64,000 nucleotides of DNA from Candidatus Neptunichlamydia sp. (GTDB lineage: Bacteria; Chlamydiota; Chlamydiia; Chlamydiales; Simkaniaceae): assembly GCA_965233865.1 (NCBI GenBank), contig OZ247587.1:864001-928000 (forward strand). The letters run 5' to 3'. The position numbers were made by a program, and so were the translations under genes. The notes under the pieces are model-generated. The model was not told the DNA's origin, searched no databases, and worked only from the letters and a program-made list of their open reading frames with translations. Shown here one piece after another: positions 37,130 through 47,618 of this stretch; position 1 is the stretch's first letter, and every line of letters begins with the position of its first letter.

Positions 37130-38710
37130 ATGACATCAACTACAAAAGACTTTGGAAAGTGGAGATCCCGCCTATGGCCGGTTCACCAATTTGAGCTCAA
37201 GAAGCTCATTCCAATGGTTCTTCTCTTCTTTTTTATTCTATTTAATTACACTGTCCTACGAGACACTAAAGACACTCTCGTTGTTACTGCTGCGAAAGGA
37301 TCACAAGTTATCCCATTCTTGAAATTTTGGGCTGTACTTCCTTGTGCGATTTTATTCATGATTCTGTATGCAAAAATGAGTAACAAGCTGAGTAAAACAA
37401 AGCTGTTTTACTATTCAGTGATTCCTTTTATTGTCTTCTTTGGATTATTTGGAACTGTCCTCTACCCCTTAAGAGATTCTTTGCACCCAAACGCTTTTTG
37501 CGACATGCTGCAAACTACACTTCCTGATGGATTCAAAGGATTGATCGATGTTATCCGTAACTGGACCTTCTCCCTCTTCTACGTCATGTCGGAGCTTTGG
37601 GGAAGTATGGCAATCTCCCTTCTATTCTGGGGATTTGCCAACGACATTAGTAAGGTTTCTGAATCAAAACGTTTCTACACCATCTTTGCGATGTTTGCGA
37701 ATGTCTCTCTGATCCTTTCAGGGCGTTTCATTAAATGGGCCGCAAAGATTCGTGAAGGATTGACTTCTGGAGACCCCTGGCAAATGACTCTAAACTACAC
37801 CATGTCAATGGTCGTAGTTGCAGGAATACTTGTACTAGGAATCTACTGGTGGATCAATAAGTATGTCCTAACAGACAAGCGCTTCTATGATCCAACTGAA
37901 CAAAAGTCAGTAAAGAAAAAGAAGCCAAAACTTTCTATGAAAGAAAGTTTCATGATGCTCATCCGTTCAAAATATCTTGGATGTATCGCATTGCTTGTAA
38001 TGGCATATGGAATTTCCATTAATCTCGTTGAGGTAACTTGGAAAGACCAACTGCATCAGCAATACCCAAATTTTAACGATTATCAGGCCTTTATGGGAGG
38101 TTTCTCTGAAAAAACGGGTATCATTACCATCCTTATTACATTCTTCCTAGGTGGAAGCGTTGTAAGACGTTTTGGATGGGGTAAAACCGCTCTTATTACT
38201 CCTGTGATGCTTCTTGTCACTGGTGTGGCATTCTTCTCATTCATTATTTTCCGCGGTAGCCTTTCTGCTACAATTGCAGCAATGGGATCTACCCCATTAA
38301 TGCTTGCGGTCGTCTTTGGAACGATTCAGAATATCGCCACTAAATCATCTAAATACTCCTTCTTCGACCCAACCAAGGAAATGGCTTACATTCCCCTTGG
38401 ACAGGAAGAGAAAGTTAAAGGTAAAGCGGCGATTGACGTTGTTGGCGCCCGTCTAGGAAAATCTGGAGGATCTTTGATCCAACAAGGTCTTTTCCTCGCC
38501 CTTAACACAGCAGTAGTTGGAGTCATCGCACCTTTCGTTGCGGTTATTCTCCTGGGGATCATCTTTGTATGGATCGTTGCTGCTCGCTCTCTAAACAAGA
38601 AATTTCTCACTCTGACTTCTCAGAAAGAAGAGGAAAAAACTGCCGAAAAAGTGGAAGAAGCAGAGCCCGCTGCCAAAGTGGAAGCTCCTGCGGAAACCGC
38701 AAACACTTAA
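37130..38710 (+). CDS. npt1: ATP/ADP translocase (NTT/TLC family)
   Basis: FNYTVLRDTKD, YVMSELWG, FWGFAN, NLVEVTWK, KYSFFDPTKEMAYIPL, GKSGG. ATG 37130 with AAGGA. Confidence 0.95.
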   Translation: MTSTTKDFGKWRSRLWPVHQFELKKLIPMVLLFFFILFNYTVLRDTKDTLVVTAAKGSQVIPFLKFWAVLPCAILFMILYAKMSNKLSKTKLFYYSVIPFIVFFGLFGTVLYPLRDSLHPNAFCDMLQTTLPDGFKGLIDVIRNWTFSLFYVMSELWGSMAISLLFWGFANDISKVSESKRFYTIFAMFANVSLILSGRFIKWAAKIREGLTSGDPWQMTLNYTMSMVVVAGILVLGIYWWINKYVLTDKRFYDPTEQKSVKKKKPKLSMKESFMMLIRSKYLGCIALLVMAYGISINLVEVTWKDQLHQQYPNFNDYQAFMGGFSEKTGIITILITFFLGGSVVRRFGWGKTALITPVMLLVTGVAFFSFIIFRGSLSATIAAMGSTPLMLAVVFGTIQNIATKSSKYSFFDPTKEMAYIPLGQEEKVKGKAAIDVVGARLGKSGGSLIQQGLFLALNTAVVGVIAPFVAVILLGIIFVWIVAARSLNKKFLTLTSQKEEEKTAEKVEEAEPAAKVEAPAETANT

Positions 38711-38732
38711 GAGAAGACTTAATATCTTTTCG

Positions 38733-38764
38733 AAAGCCCTCCCTCACCGGAGGGCTTTTTTTTT
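38733..38764 (+). terminator. Rho-independent terminator of npt1
   Basis: AAAGCCCTCC-CTCACC-GGAGGGC followed by T9. Confidence 0.9.
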
Positions 38765-39052
38765 GCCAGCATTCACCCTCTTGACTAAACTCTAGAGCAT
38801 CCTGATCCATAAAAGACTCTTGCAATATTCTTCTGAAGGTTTCAATTCATCTGCTGTCGTAAAGAGGCATACTTACATCCGTCCCTCTAAGGGTATGGGC
38901 ATATGCAGCCACTTTAAAATTAGGAAGATAAAAATTCATTTTGAAAATTCGACTAAGTAACGTCTTTTGATATGAGGACCCTGAAATGTATTTATTATAG
39001 GTTAGTGCTTTGAGACTTTAGTTTTTTGAAGAGATACGCTAACATTAAGCCT

Positions 39053-40864
39053 ATGACATTCCAATACGATCCGAAATATATCCGCAACTTCTCAATCATT
39101 GCTCATATCGACCACGGCAAATCAACGATTTCTGATCGTCTATTGCAGGTAACAGGAACGGTACCTGATCGTGAGATGCAGGAGCAGCTCCTAGATGACA
39201 TGGAATTGGAGCGGGAACGGGGGATTACAATCAAAGCCCACCCGGTCACAATGTACTACGAAGCAAAAGACGGACACACTTACCAGTTTAATTTTATTGA
39301 TACTCCTGGTCATGTCGATTTCTCATATGAAGTCTCGCGCTCTTTGTCAGCATGTGAAGGAGCCCTTCTCATTGTTGATGCAGCTCAGGGTGTGCAAGCA
39401 CAAACCTTGGCGAATGTTCATCTTGCTATCGAGAGGGATCTAGAGATTCTCCCTGTATTGAATAAGATCGACCTCCCTGCTGCGGACCCTGAAGAGGCAA
39501 AAACTCAGATTGAAGAGGTCATTGGCTTAGAAGCGCAAAATGCAATCCTCTGCTCAGCAAAAACAGGGGAAGGGATTGGTGATATTTTAGAACGAATCAT
39601 CACAGATACCCCACCACCGAAACCTCCGGAAGATGAAGTGCTTCGTGCTCTTGTTTTTGATTCTCACTACGATCCATACCGAGGGGTAATGGTCTATGTC
39701 CGGCTTATCAGCGGAGAGATTAAAAAGGGAACCCACATTAAATTGATGGCTACGGATAAGAGCTTTGAAGTTCTTGAGGTAGGCGTTTTTTCTCCTAATG
39801 CAACGTCTATTGATATCCTCCGTCCTGGAGAAGTGGGTTATCTTATTGCAAATATTCGGAAAACCTCTGATGTGAAAGTTGGAGACACAATTACTTCTTT
39901 TCGCTTGGGGGCTTCAGAGCCTCTTCCAGGATTTAAATTCATTAAGCCCGTCGTTTTTGCAGGAATTTATCCAATTGATACCTCAGAATTTGAAAATCTC
40001 CGCGATGCACTTGTAAAATTGCAGCTTAATGATTCGGCCCTGCACGTCGAACAAGAGAGCAGTCTAGCTCTTGGCTTTGGCTTCCGATGTGGCTTTCTAG
40101 GTCTTCTTCATTTAGAGATTACGTTTGAACGTCTCCAGAGAGAATTTGATCTTGATATCATTACAACCGCCCCAAGTGTCGTTTATAAAATAACCCTTTC
40201 AAATGGAGAAGAGAAGAAGATCGACAACCCGGCCCATTATCCCAATCCGGCAGTTATTGACTTTGTGGAAGAGCCTTGGGTTCTCTCCCATATCATGACC
40301 CCTTCTGATTTTTTAGGACCTATCATGGCTCTTGGAACAGAAAAGAGAGGAACACTCGATAAAACTGAGTCAATAGGAGAAAATCGCCTTCTTCTTACTT
40401 TTCGCTTTCCAATGAATGAAATCATTACAGATTTTAATGACAAACTCAAATCGGTAACCCGTGGCTATGGCTCTTTTGACTATGAGTTTGATCGATATAA
40501 TATTGGCTCTGTGATAAAGTTAGAAATCAAGGTCAATGACGAAGTTGTGGATGCCTTTTCCTGTCTTGTACATACCACTAAAGCTGAAGCAAAGGGACGA
40601 GCCATTTGTAAAAAACTTAGCGATGTGATCCCACGCCAACAGTTTAAAGTCCCCATTCAAGCTGCAATCGGTGGAAAAATTATTGCACGAGAAACCCTTT
40701 CTGCTCTTTCAAAAAATGTGACCGCCAAGTGTTATGGTGGAGACATCACCAGGAAACGCAAACTCTGGGAAAAACAAAAAAAAGGGAAGAAAAAAATGAA
40801 AGAGATTGGTAAAGTTACCATCCCTCAGTCTGCTTTCATGGCAGTCTTGAAAGCAGAAGAATAG
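39053..40864 (+). CDS. lepA: Translation elongation factor 4
   Basis: [49 protein letters not shown]. Confidence 0.98.
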   Translation: MTFQYDPKYIRNFSIIAHIDHGKSTISDRLLQVTGTVPDREMQEQLLDDMELERERGITIKAHPVTMYYEAKDGHTYQFNFIDTPGHVDFSYEVSRSLSACEGALLIVDAAQGVQAQTLANVHLAIERDLEILPVLNKIDLPAADPEEAKTQIEEVIGLEAQNAILCSAKTGEGIGDILERIITDTPPPKPPEDEVLRALVFDSHYDPYRGVMVYVRLISGEIKKGTHIKLMATDKSFEVLEVGVFSPNATSIDILRPGEVGYLIANIRKTSDVKVGDTITSFRLGASEPLPGFKFIKPVVFAGIYPIDTSEFENLRDALVKLQLNDSALHVEQESSLALGFGFRCGFLGLLHLEITFERLQREFDLDIITTAPSVVYKITLSNGEEKKIDNPAHYPNPAVIDFVEEPWVLSHIMTPSDFLGPIMALGTEKRGTLDKTESIGENRLLLTFRFPMNEIITDFNDKLKSVTRGYGSFDYEFDRYNIGSVIKLEIKVNDEVVDAFSCLVHTTKAEAKGRAICKKLSDVIPRQQFKVPIQAAIGGKIIARETLSALSKNVTAKCYGGDITRKRKLWEKQKKGKKKMKEIGKVTIPQSAFMAVLKAEE

Positions 40865-40928
40865 CAATATTCCTAGTGCTCTGTCACTTTTTGAGTTTAG
40901 AATATTCGATTGGAACTTTTTCTGCTGT

Positions 40929-41042
40929 GGCAAGGGAAATTAGTATAATCTCAATACAGAAGAATCTTTACATCCTGATTTAAACCACCCGCCACCCGTG
41001 AAACCTCATTGGGATTATGAAGGACCAAATTTTCCCAAATGA
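40929..41042 (+). pseudogene. Decayed polymorphic toxin C-terminal domain (Ntox37-like)
   Basis: Translates GKGN*YNLNTEESLHPDLNHPPPVKPHWDYEGPNFPK*. The first stop is TAG where Trp (TGG) is expected in the recalled G.WYNP.T.ESLHPDL.HP.P..PHWDY motif. Confidence 0.7.
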
Positions 41043-41373
41043 AATTTACTATTTTTTTCAAAAAACAATTTATACACAAAAAATATAGAAATTTGTTTGG
41101 GAAAATCAAATGCTATCTGGCACTCCCCTTGCGTTCTTACAAGTGCAAATTTTGATGAGAAGAAGCATAGATTTTAGACGCTTTTCCCTCTAACATCTAT
41201 TTTTTGCAACACTACCCTTTCCTTTATCGTCATCATTGCCTCCAAATTTTTCTTTACCTCCTTAGGAAAACTTCTAAAAAGAGGACATTATCACTTTGCG
41301 CTTACAGCGCAACAACTTTCTTCATTTAAAAAAAACCATCGTGTATCATGGGAATCTAACTCTAAGGAATGTT

Positions 41374-42624
41374 TTGCAACCAAAAAGATACTCGAAAGAT
41401 CAACACGGTATCGATATCCGACATATCGATCCCAAGGCCCTATATATTTTGGAAAAATTGCGTGCATCTGATTACACTGCCTACCTAGTAGGTGGAAGCG
41501 TGCGCGATCTGTTACTGGGAAAGAAACCCAAGGATTTTGATATTTCCACGTCAGCAAAGCCTGAAGAAATTAAACGTTTATTTCCTAGCTCAATTCTCAT
41601 TGGAAAACGGTTCCGCCTCGCTCATGTCCGGTTTGGGAAAAAAGTGATTGAAGTCTCTACCTTTCGCTCTGGAGATATCGAAAATGAACAGCTCATTACA
41701 GAAGACAATATTTGGGGGTCTCCTGAAGAAGATGTCTTAAGACGAGACTTCACCATCAACGGTCTTTTTTATGACAGCAATACCGAAGAGATCATCGATT
41801 TTGTTGGGGGGTACCCTGATATTGAAAAAAAACTACTTCGAGCAATTGGCCAGCCTTTTCTCCGTTTCAAACAAGATCCCGTCCGAATGATCCGCTGTCT
41901 AAAATTTCAAGCTCGATTTGGACTAGAGGTAGAGGAAGAGGCGCGTCTTGCTCTCATCGACTGCAAAGGAGAAATCTTAAAGAGCGCACAAGCCCGGGTA
42001 CTCGAAGAAATGCTACGCATGTTGGAGTCTGGAGCTTCAAAAAACTTCTTCCGCTTGATGACCGACCATGGTTTGATGCAACAACTCCTTCCCACCATTG
42101 CTGAATACTTAGAAACACAAGAAGGAAGTGAAATCTACTCCTATCTAAGCGAAGCTGACGGCACGCTTAAAGAACCTCATAACCCCAATCTTGAACGCCC
42201 TGTTCTCCTTGCTTGTCTTGCCTTCCCACTTCTCGAGAAGCATTTGAAGGTACACTTCACCGATCGAGACAAAATTCCTCACCTTGGAGATATTTACAAA
42301 GAGGCCAACACTGTTATTGATGAAGTTTTTCATACCTTTTTCCAAATCCCCCGTCGTTTGAAGATTAGAACACTTAGTATTTTGATTTCACAGTTTCGAA
42401 TTACCCCTTTCCAAAAGAAAAAAAACATGCGAATCCGCATCCCTCGTGCCCCTGAATTCCATCTAGCCCTTCAGTTTTTTGATCTTCGCTGTCGTTTAGA
42501 GCCAGGACTTCAAGAACTTCACAAGCTGTGGAAAGAGGCTTATGAGAAAATTGCAGACACTCTTCCATCCCCACAAAAGCGGGGAAGGCGCTCCCATCGC
42601 CGAAACCCTCGGCCAAGAAAATGA
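41374..42624 (+). CDS. pcnB: Poly(A) polymerase I
   Basis: LVGGSVRDLLLG..PKDFD, PAP-specific LIGKRFRLAHV, RRDFTIN, DPVRMIR, basic tail. Start uncertain (TTG 41374 with AAGGA). Confidence 0.92.
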   Translation: MQPKRYSKDQHGIDIRHIDPKALYILEKLRASDYTAYLVGGSVRDLLLGKKPKDFDISTSAKPEEIKRLFPSSILIGKRFRLAHVRFGKKVIEVSTFRSGDIENEQLITEDNIWGSPEEDVLRRDFTINGLFYDSNTEEIIDFVGGYPDIEKKLLRAIGQPFLRFKQDPVRMIRCLKFQARFGLEVEEEARLALIDCKGEILKSAQARVLEEMLRMLESGASKNFFRLMTDHGLMQQLLPTIAEYLETQEGSEIYSYLSEADGTLKEPHNPNLERPVLLACLAFPLLEKHLKVHFTDRDKIPHLGDIYKEANTVIDEVFHTFFQIPRRLKIRTLSILISQFRITPFQKKKNMRIRIPRAPEFHLALQFFDLRCRLEPGLQELHKLWKEAYEKIADTLPSPQKRGRRSHRRNPRPRK

Positions 42625-43319
42625 GATTGCAAAAGGCTGACGATCATGCACTTTTTATTGGCCCTCCGCTAGAAGAAGGTCCTTTGCCAGCCCTTTTTTA
42701 CTTCGCTCTTTCTGCAGAAGATAGCTTAGGACGAGATCCCTACAACCAACCTGCTCAGTTCTTGCAAGGATTACCCATACGGATTTTTTCAATCACACTT
42801 CCTGCTCATGAAAACAACTTTCCCCCTGAAAAAGCAATGACTGTTTGGGCCAAAAGAATTAAAGGAGGCGAAACTCTTATTCCTCCTTTTATCGCAAACG
42901 TCAAAAAAACTGTAGAGAAGCTAAAACCCCACTTCACAAGTTGCGCCGTTGCAGGCCTTTCCAGAGGGGCTTTTATCGCTTGCCACCTAGCTGCTCTTTG
43001 CCCAGAATTTACGCATGTTTTGGGGTATGCTCCTTTAACCCAACTGGACTACGCACCTAATTTCAACCTCGAAACCCTTTCTTCTAAGCTGTTCAACCGC
43101 AAAATCCGCTTTTACATTGGGAACCACGATACACGGGTAGGAACAGAGCACGCCTTCTCCTTTATTCATGCCCTTGCAAATGAAGCCAACAACAACAGGA
43201 TACGCAACGCGCCTATTGAAATGATCATCGGATCATCGATTGGATACCAAGGGCATGGAACCAGTCCTAGCGTCTTCCAATCAGGTGTTGATTGGCTAAA
43301 AAAGGAACTATCGATATGA
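42621..43319 (+). CDS. Alpha/beta hydrolase-fold protein
   Basis: GLSRG nucleophile elbow, G.HD.RV, GHGT. ATGA overlaps on both sides. Confidence 0.75.
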   Translation: MRLQKADDHALFIGPPLEEGPLPALFYFALSAEDSLGRDPYNQPAQFLQGLPIRIFSITLPAHENNFPPEKAMTVWAKRIKGGETLIPPFIANVKKTVEKLKPHFTSCAVAGLSRGAFIACHLAALCPEFTHVLGYAPLTQLDYAPNFNLETLSSKLFNRKIRFYIGNHDTRVGTEHAFSFIHALANEANNNRIRNAPIEMIIGSSIGYQGHGTSPSVFQSGVDWLKKELSI

Positions 43320-44449
43320 ACGACGACCTCTTTATTTTTGCCGGAGAAATCAGCGGAGATTTGCATGGAGAAAAACTCTTGAAAGAGCTCTATTCTGCCT
43401 ACCCTAATCTCAAAGTTAGAGGAGTGGGGGGCCCAAAAATGCGAGCAGTCGGGATGGAATGCGTCATGCCTATGGAAGAGTTCCAAGTTATGGGATTTAT
43501 CGATATCCTTTCCTCTCTTCCAAAGCTCATCAAACACTTTAAAGCAATTAAGAAGGATATTCTTACCCACCCCCCTAAAGGAGTGGTGACGATCGACTAC
43601 CCAGGCTTTAACCTCAGATTAGCAAATGCTCTTTTCCAGAAAAACTCACCAGCAAAGCGCATCCATTATATTTGCCCAACTGTTTGGGCTTGGGGAAAGA
43701 ATCGGATTCCAAAAATAGAACACTCCATTGATCGCCTTTTAACAATTCTACCCTTTGAACCCGACCTTTTTTCCAAACACCAGGTCGATGCTACGTATGT
43801 TGGGCATCCCCTTATTGCGCGTATAAATCGCCACCAGTACGATCCGAGTTGGAACCAAGCCTATGGAATTGACAGCGAACAACCGATTCTCTCCATATAT
43901 CCTGGAAGTCGCAAAAAAGAACTCCTTCGCAATTTACCCCTGCAGATCAAAGTGGCAAAGCAAATTCAAAAGAATCATCCCGATCTTTTGATTGCTATCT
44001 CTTGCTCTGATGAAAAATTCCTTCCTTTTCTAGAAAAAGAATCAGGAGATCTCCTAATTATTCGGCAAGAACACTCTTATGAGCTCATGCGAGCCTCTCA
44101 TCTTGCTATTGCAACCTCTGGGACAGTCACTCTAGAGCTGGCTCTCCACAAGATTCCTACAGTTGTAACCTTTGCGATCAACCCCCTAGATGTCTTTTTA
44201 GCGCAGCATATTTTCCGTATTAATCTTCCCCACTATGCCCTTCCAAATATTCTCTATCATGGAGAACTTTTCCCTGAGCTTTTTGGGCCAAACCTTACAG
44301 AAGATGCTCTTTATAAAAAGGGGAATGACTTCATGCTGAGCGAATACAAGCGCTTAGAGTGTATTGAAGGTTGCAAGAGACTAAGAAACCAACTTGGAAA
44401 ACAAGATGCGAGCAAAGAGGCTGCCCGCGCCATCCTTGAACTTATTTGA
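43316..44449 (+). CDS. lpxB: Lipid-A-disaccharide synthase
   Basis: AGEISGDLHG, IDYPGFN, PTVWAW, ILPFE, VGHPL, PGSR, SGTVTLE. Confidence 0.96.
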   Translation: MNDDLFIFAGEISGDLHGEKLLKELYSAYPNLKVRGVGGPKMRAVGMECVMPMEEFQVMGFIDILSSLPKLIKHFKAIKKDILTHPPKGVVTIDYPGFNLRLANALFQKNSPAKRIHYICPTVWAWGKNRIPKIEHSIDRLLTILPFEPDLFSKHQVDATYVGHPLIARINRHQYDPSWNQAYGIDSEQPILSIYPGSRKKELLRNLPLQIKVAKQIQKNHPDLLIAISCSDEKFLPFLEKESGDLLIIRQEHSYELMRASHLAIATSGTVTLELALHKIPTVVTFAINPLDVFLAQHIFRINLPHYALPNILYHGELFPELFGPNLTEDALYKKGNDFMLSEYKRLECIEGCKRLRNQLGKQDASKEAARAILELI

Positions 44450-44484
44450 TTAAAACTCTTCCTCTTATTGCTCATGTGCCTTCA

Positions 44485-44697
44485 ATGGAAGCGCATATCA
44501 ATTTTTCTTATAAAGATGAACGTGAAAATCCTCAAACTATAAGAAAATTAGGACCTATTAGTATTCCAGATTATCAAAAATTTCTGGAAGATTCAGTCAG
44601 AGAAAAAAAATTACCTTTGCCTAGTTATACGCACATGACAAGACTTTGGGACATAGCAGCAAGAGACTCAACATTAGTTCCGGCTCAGGACACGTAG
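44485..44697 (+). CDS. Small hypothetical protein
   Basis: Short ORF with ATG at 44485. No motif. Confidence 0.3.
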   Translation: MEAHINFSYKDERENPQTIRKLGPISIPDYQKFLEDSVREKKLPLPSYTHMTRLWDIAARDSTLVPAQDT

Positions 44698-44704
44698 AAA
44701 CTAT

Positions 44705-45116
44705 TCAGTGAGTGTTTTCGTAAAGATCTAAATTCAAAGGTCTTGCTTGTATCTCTAGATAGTCAATGGGAAAGGATAGATGAGGAAGATCTTTAATAGA
44801 AACTTCTAAAGCCGTTGCTGCCGCAACTCTTACATATCCTGAATGTAAATAGTTAACCCTTGCGTATAAGGCTCTTCGAGAAGATTCTCTAACGGTAGTG
44901 ATGATTTCTGCATCCTTAGATAAGGGACCTAACTTTTGCAAAAAAGCATCAACAATGGCAGGGATCTTCTCAGACATTATCGGATTAACAATTGCATCAG
45001 AATGAAATTGATACAGTAGGCTTGCTTGCTCTGTAGTCGTTTTAGAAGAAAACAGCTCTTCGTTTTCCTTAATAACTCCCTGAAAAAGAATAGAAAACTC
45101 GCTTAACTTTCCATCT
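44705..45116 (-). pseudogene. Gene fragment, probably 5'-truncated at the IS256 remnant
   Basis: The frame stays open about 46 codons upstream of the listed ATG (44977), up to the IS junction. Confidence 0.4.
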
Positions 45117-45121
45117 TATAG

Positions 45122-45946
45122 TTATAAAATCTTGCCGTTTTTCGAGGTTCGAGGGTATAGGGCCTTTGTCAAACATTTACCCTATCATCTTTTTTGATGC
45201 GATACATTACAAAGTCAGGGAAGGAAGCAAGGTGGTAACCAAAGCCGCTTATACCTGCTTAGGAATCAATATAGAGGGCTATAAAGAGATTTTAGGGGCC
45301 TGGATAGGTGAAAGTGAGGGGGCAAAGTTGTGGCTTCAAGTATTCACTGAGTTAAAGAATCGAAGTGTAGAAGACATCCTTATTGCGTGTATGGATGGAT
45401 CCAAGGGTCTGCCTGAGGCCTTGAAATCCGTATTTCCTGATACAGAAGTTCAGCTTTGTATCATCCATATGATTCGAAACTCTATCAAATATGTGCTCTC
45501 TAAACATGTCAAAGAGTTCTTAAAAGATCTCAAGGAAATTTACCAGGCCCCCACTGAGGCAAAAAGAGAAAGTCTTCTGCTTGCTCTGGGCGAAAAATGG
45601 GGAAGGAAATATGCTTTATCTGTCAAGCCTTGGATGACGCATTGGGAAAACCTGAAGACATTCTTCCAGTTTCCTGATGAGGCTCGGAGATTGGTTTACA
45701 CAACGAACGCAATGGAATCACTGCATAGGCAGTTTAAAAAAGTGACAAAAAATAAGGCAGTCTTCCCCTCAGACGAGCCTCTTTTGAAGATGCTGTATCT
45801 GGCTTCTGATGGAATACAAAAGAAATGGACAGTGCCTGTAAGGGGCTGGAAAGAAGCCATCTCATATTTTGGGATAGCTTACGAAGATAGGATCTCAAAA
45901 GGAGTTGAGGCCTAATGACCGTTTACACAGTTTAGATTACACTCCC
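45122..45946 (+). mobile_element. IS256-family element, 5' truncated
   Basis: Transposase C-terminal half (YPIIFFDAIHYKVR, IACMDG, QLCIIHMIRNS, YTTNAMES; ORF 45166-45915). Right end GTTTACACAGTTTAGATTACACTCCC (45921-45946). Confidence 0.92.
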
Positions 45947-46606
45947 GGATTTTTTCAAATATTGCTCGATGCCAACGGCAATGGATTTAGCCATCTTCTC
46001 AACGTATCCTTTGTCAGAGAGATTGGAATGTTCTTTAGGATTCGTAATAAAACCTCCCTCAATGAGTATTGCTGGCATATAGGTTTCCCGAATCACATGA
46101 AAGTTTCCGTATTTTACCCCACGATTTTTTGCACCTGTGGCTTCGATCATCCCATGGAGAATGGTATCAGCAAGCTTCTTTGAAGCAATCTCCCGCCACT
46201 TGGATCCTCTATTATAATAGTAGATTTCAATCCCATGAGGATGGGTGGATTTATAGGCATTAAAATGAATGCTGATAAAGAGTTTGCTTTTCGTATCATT
46301 TGCAATTGCAGTGCGCTTTTTAAGCGGAAGAAAAATATCTCGGCTTCGAGTCAAAATCACGCGATACCCCTTCTCGTGAAGATATTTTTTCACAAGTGTG
46401 GCTGTTTGAAGCGCTAGCGCTTTTTCTTTGATGTTTTTTACTTGTGCTCCAATGTCATCTCCACCATGCCCTGCATCGATTACAATTAACTGCTTTCCTA
46501 GGGGTTGTTTTGAGGTCGATGCGGCTGCATACATCTCTTGATCAACTTGATTAGAGTGAGAACAAGAGGCAGCAATCGAAATGTAAAAAAATAAAAATTT
46601 AAACAT
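45932..46606 (-). CDS. amiA: N-acetylmuramoyl-L-alanine amidase (Amidase_3)
   Basis: IDAGHGG, EK, LTR, FISIHFNA, PAILIEGGF. Confidence 0.93.
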   Translation of the reverse strand: MFKFLFFYISIAASCSHSNQVDQEMYAAASTSKQPLGKQLIVIDAGHGGDDIGAQVKNIKEKALALQTATLVKKYLHEKGYRVILTRSRDIFLPLKKRTAIANDTKSKLFISIHFNAYKSTHPHGIEIYYYNRGSKWREIASKKLADTILHGMIEATGAKNRGVKYGNFHVIRETYMPAILIEGGFITNPKEHSNLSDKGYVEKMAKSIAVGIEQYLKKSGSVI

Positions 46607-46667
46607 ATCGCTGAGTTTACCAGTCTTTCTTATCTAGCGTCAAATGAGAAATTTCATAGACCAGGGA

Positions 46668-47534
46668 TATAGCTAAAATATTTCGTTTTAGTTATACTTT
46701 TTTGAATGATGTATTCATTAGATTTTAGAAAAAAGGTACTGTTGATCCGAAGCACAGAAAATTTAAGTTTTAGTGTAAGTGTAAATAGCATATTTCTTTA
46801 GTCTAAAAGGCTAGAGGCAAAGCGCACTAAAAATAGACCTGCAATAAAGATTGAAAGAGATCGCTTGATGGAGGATATCAAAAAATACCCTGATGCCTTC
46901 AACTATGAACGAGCATATCGTCTCAATGTAAGCCCTTCAGGTGTTCGTTGTGCCATGAAGCGGCTAAGAATTAGCTATAAAAAAAACACTTAACCATCCC
47001 AAGGTTTGCAAAAAGAAGAGATTTCTCTTCAGAGAAAAGATTGCAAGGTATGAATGCTTGGGAAAACCGATTGCATACATCGATAAAAGTGGGTTTGCCC
47101 ATGATATGCCCCGAACGCATGGTTACTCAAAAATAGGAGAGAGGTGCTTCGGCACCCATGACTGAGGAGCAAAAGGGAGGGCAAATGCAATAGGGGCGTT
47201 ACTTGGAACAAACCTTCTTACTCTTGCACTGTTTGATTGTAATATTAATACAGATGCCTTTAGCAGTTGGGCAGAGCAAGACTTGATGCCGAAACTTCCT
47301 TCTGAAAGCGTTTTGGTTATGGATAATGCATCGTTTCATAAAAGCAAATCTATGCAAGAAAAGATCGAAGCTGCAGGCCACATCTTGGAATATCTTCCCC
47401 TATATTCCCCAGATTTAAATCCTATTGAGAATAAATGGGCACAAGCAAAATCTAAACGAAGAAAATATCAATGTGGAATTGATGAACTTTTTAAGGAATA
47501 TTGCCTATAACTAAATTATATCAACTTAGCTATA
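46668..47534 (+). mobile_element. Degenerate IS630-family element with intact ends
   Basis: 29-bp imperfect IRs TATAGCTAAAATATTTCGTTTTAGTTATA and TATAACTAAATTATATCAACTTAGCTATA, including the TA duplication. Broken transposase (MYSLDFRKKV, YID.SGF, VMDNASFH, YSPDLNPIE) with stops and frameshifts. Confidence 0.92.
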
Positions 47535-47618
47535 TAATGGTTTAAGTTCGTGGAACCCCACGAGTGGTTCTTATAGCGTGAAGATGAAACTATAGGTTAA
47601 AAGAGCAACCTAAGTTTA

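Noticed and set aside
38765..39000. Possible minus-strand gene remnant between npt1 and lepA
   Set aside because: Short interrupted frame with no recognisable motif.
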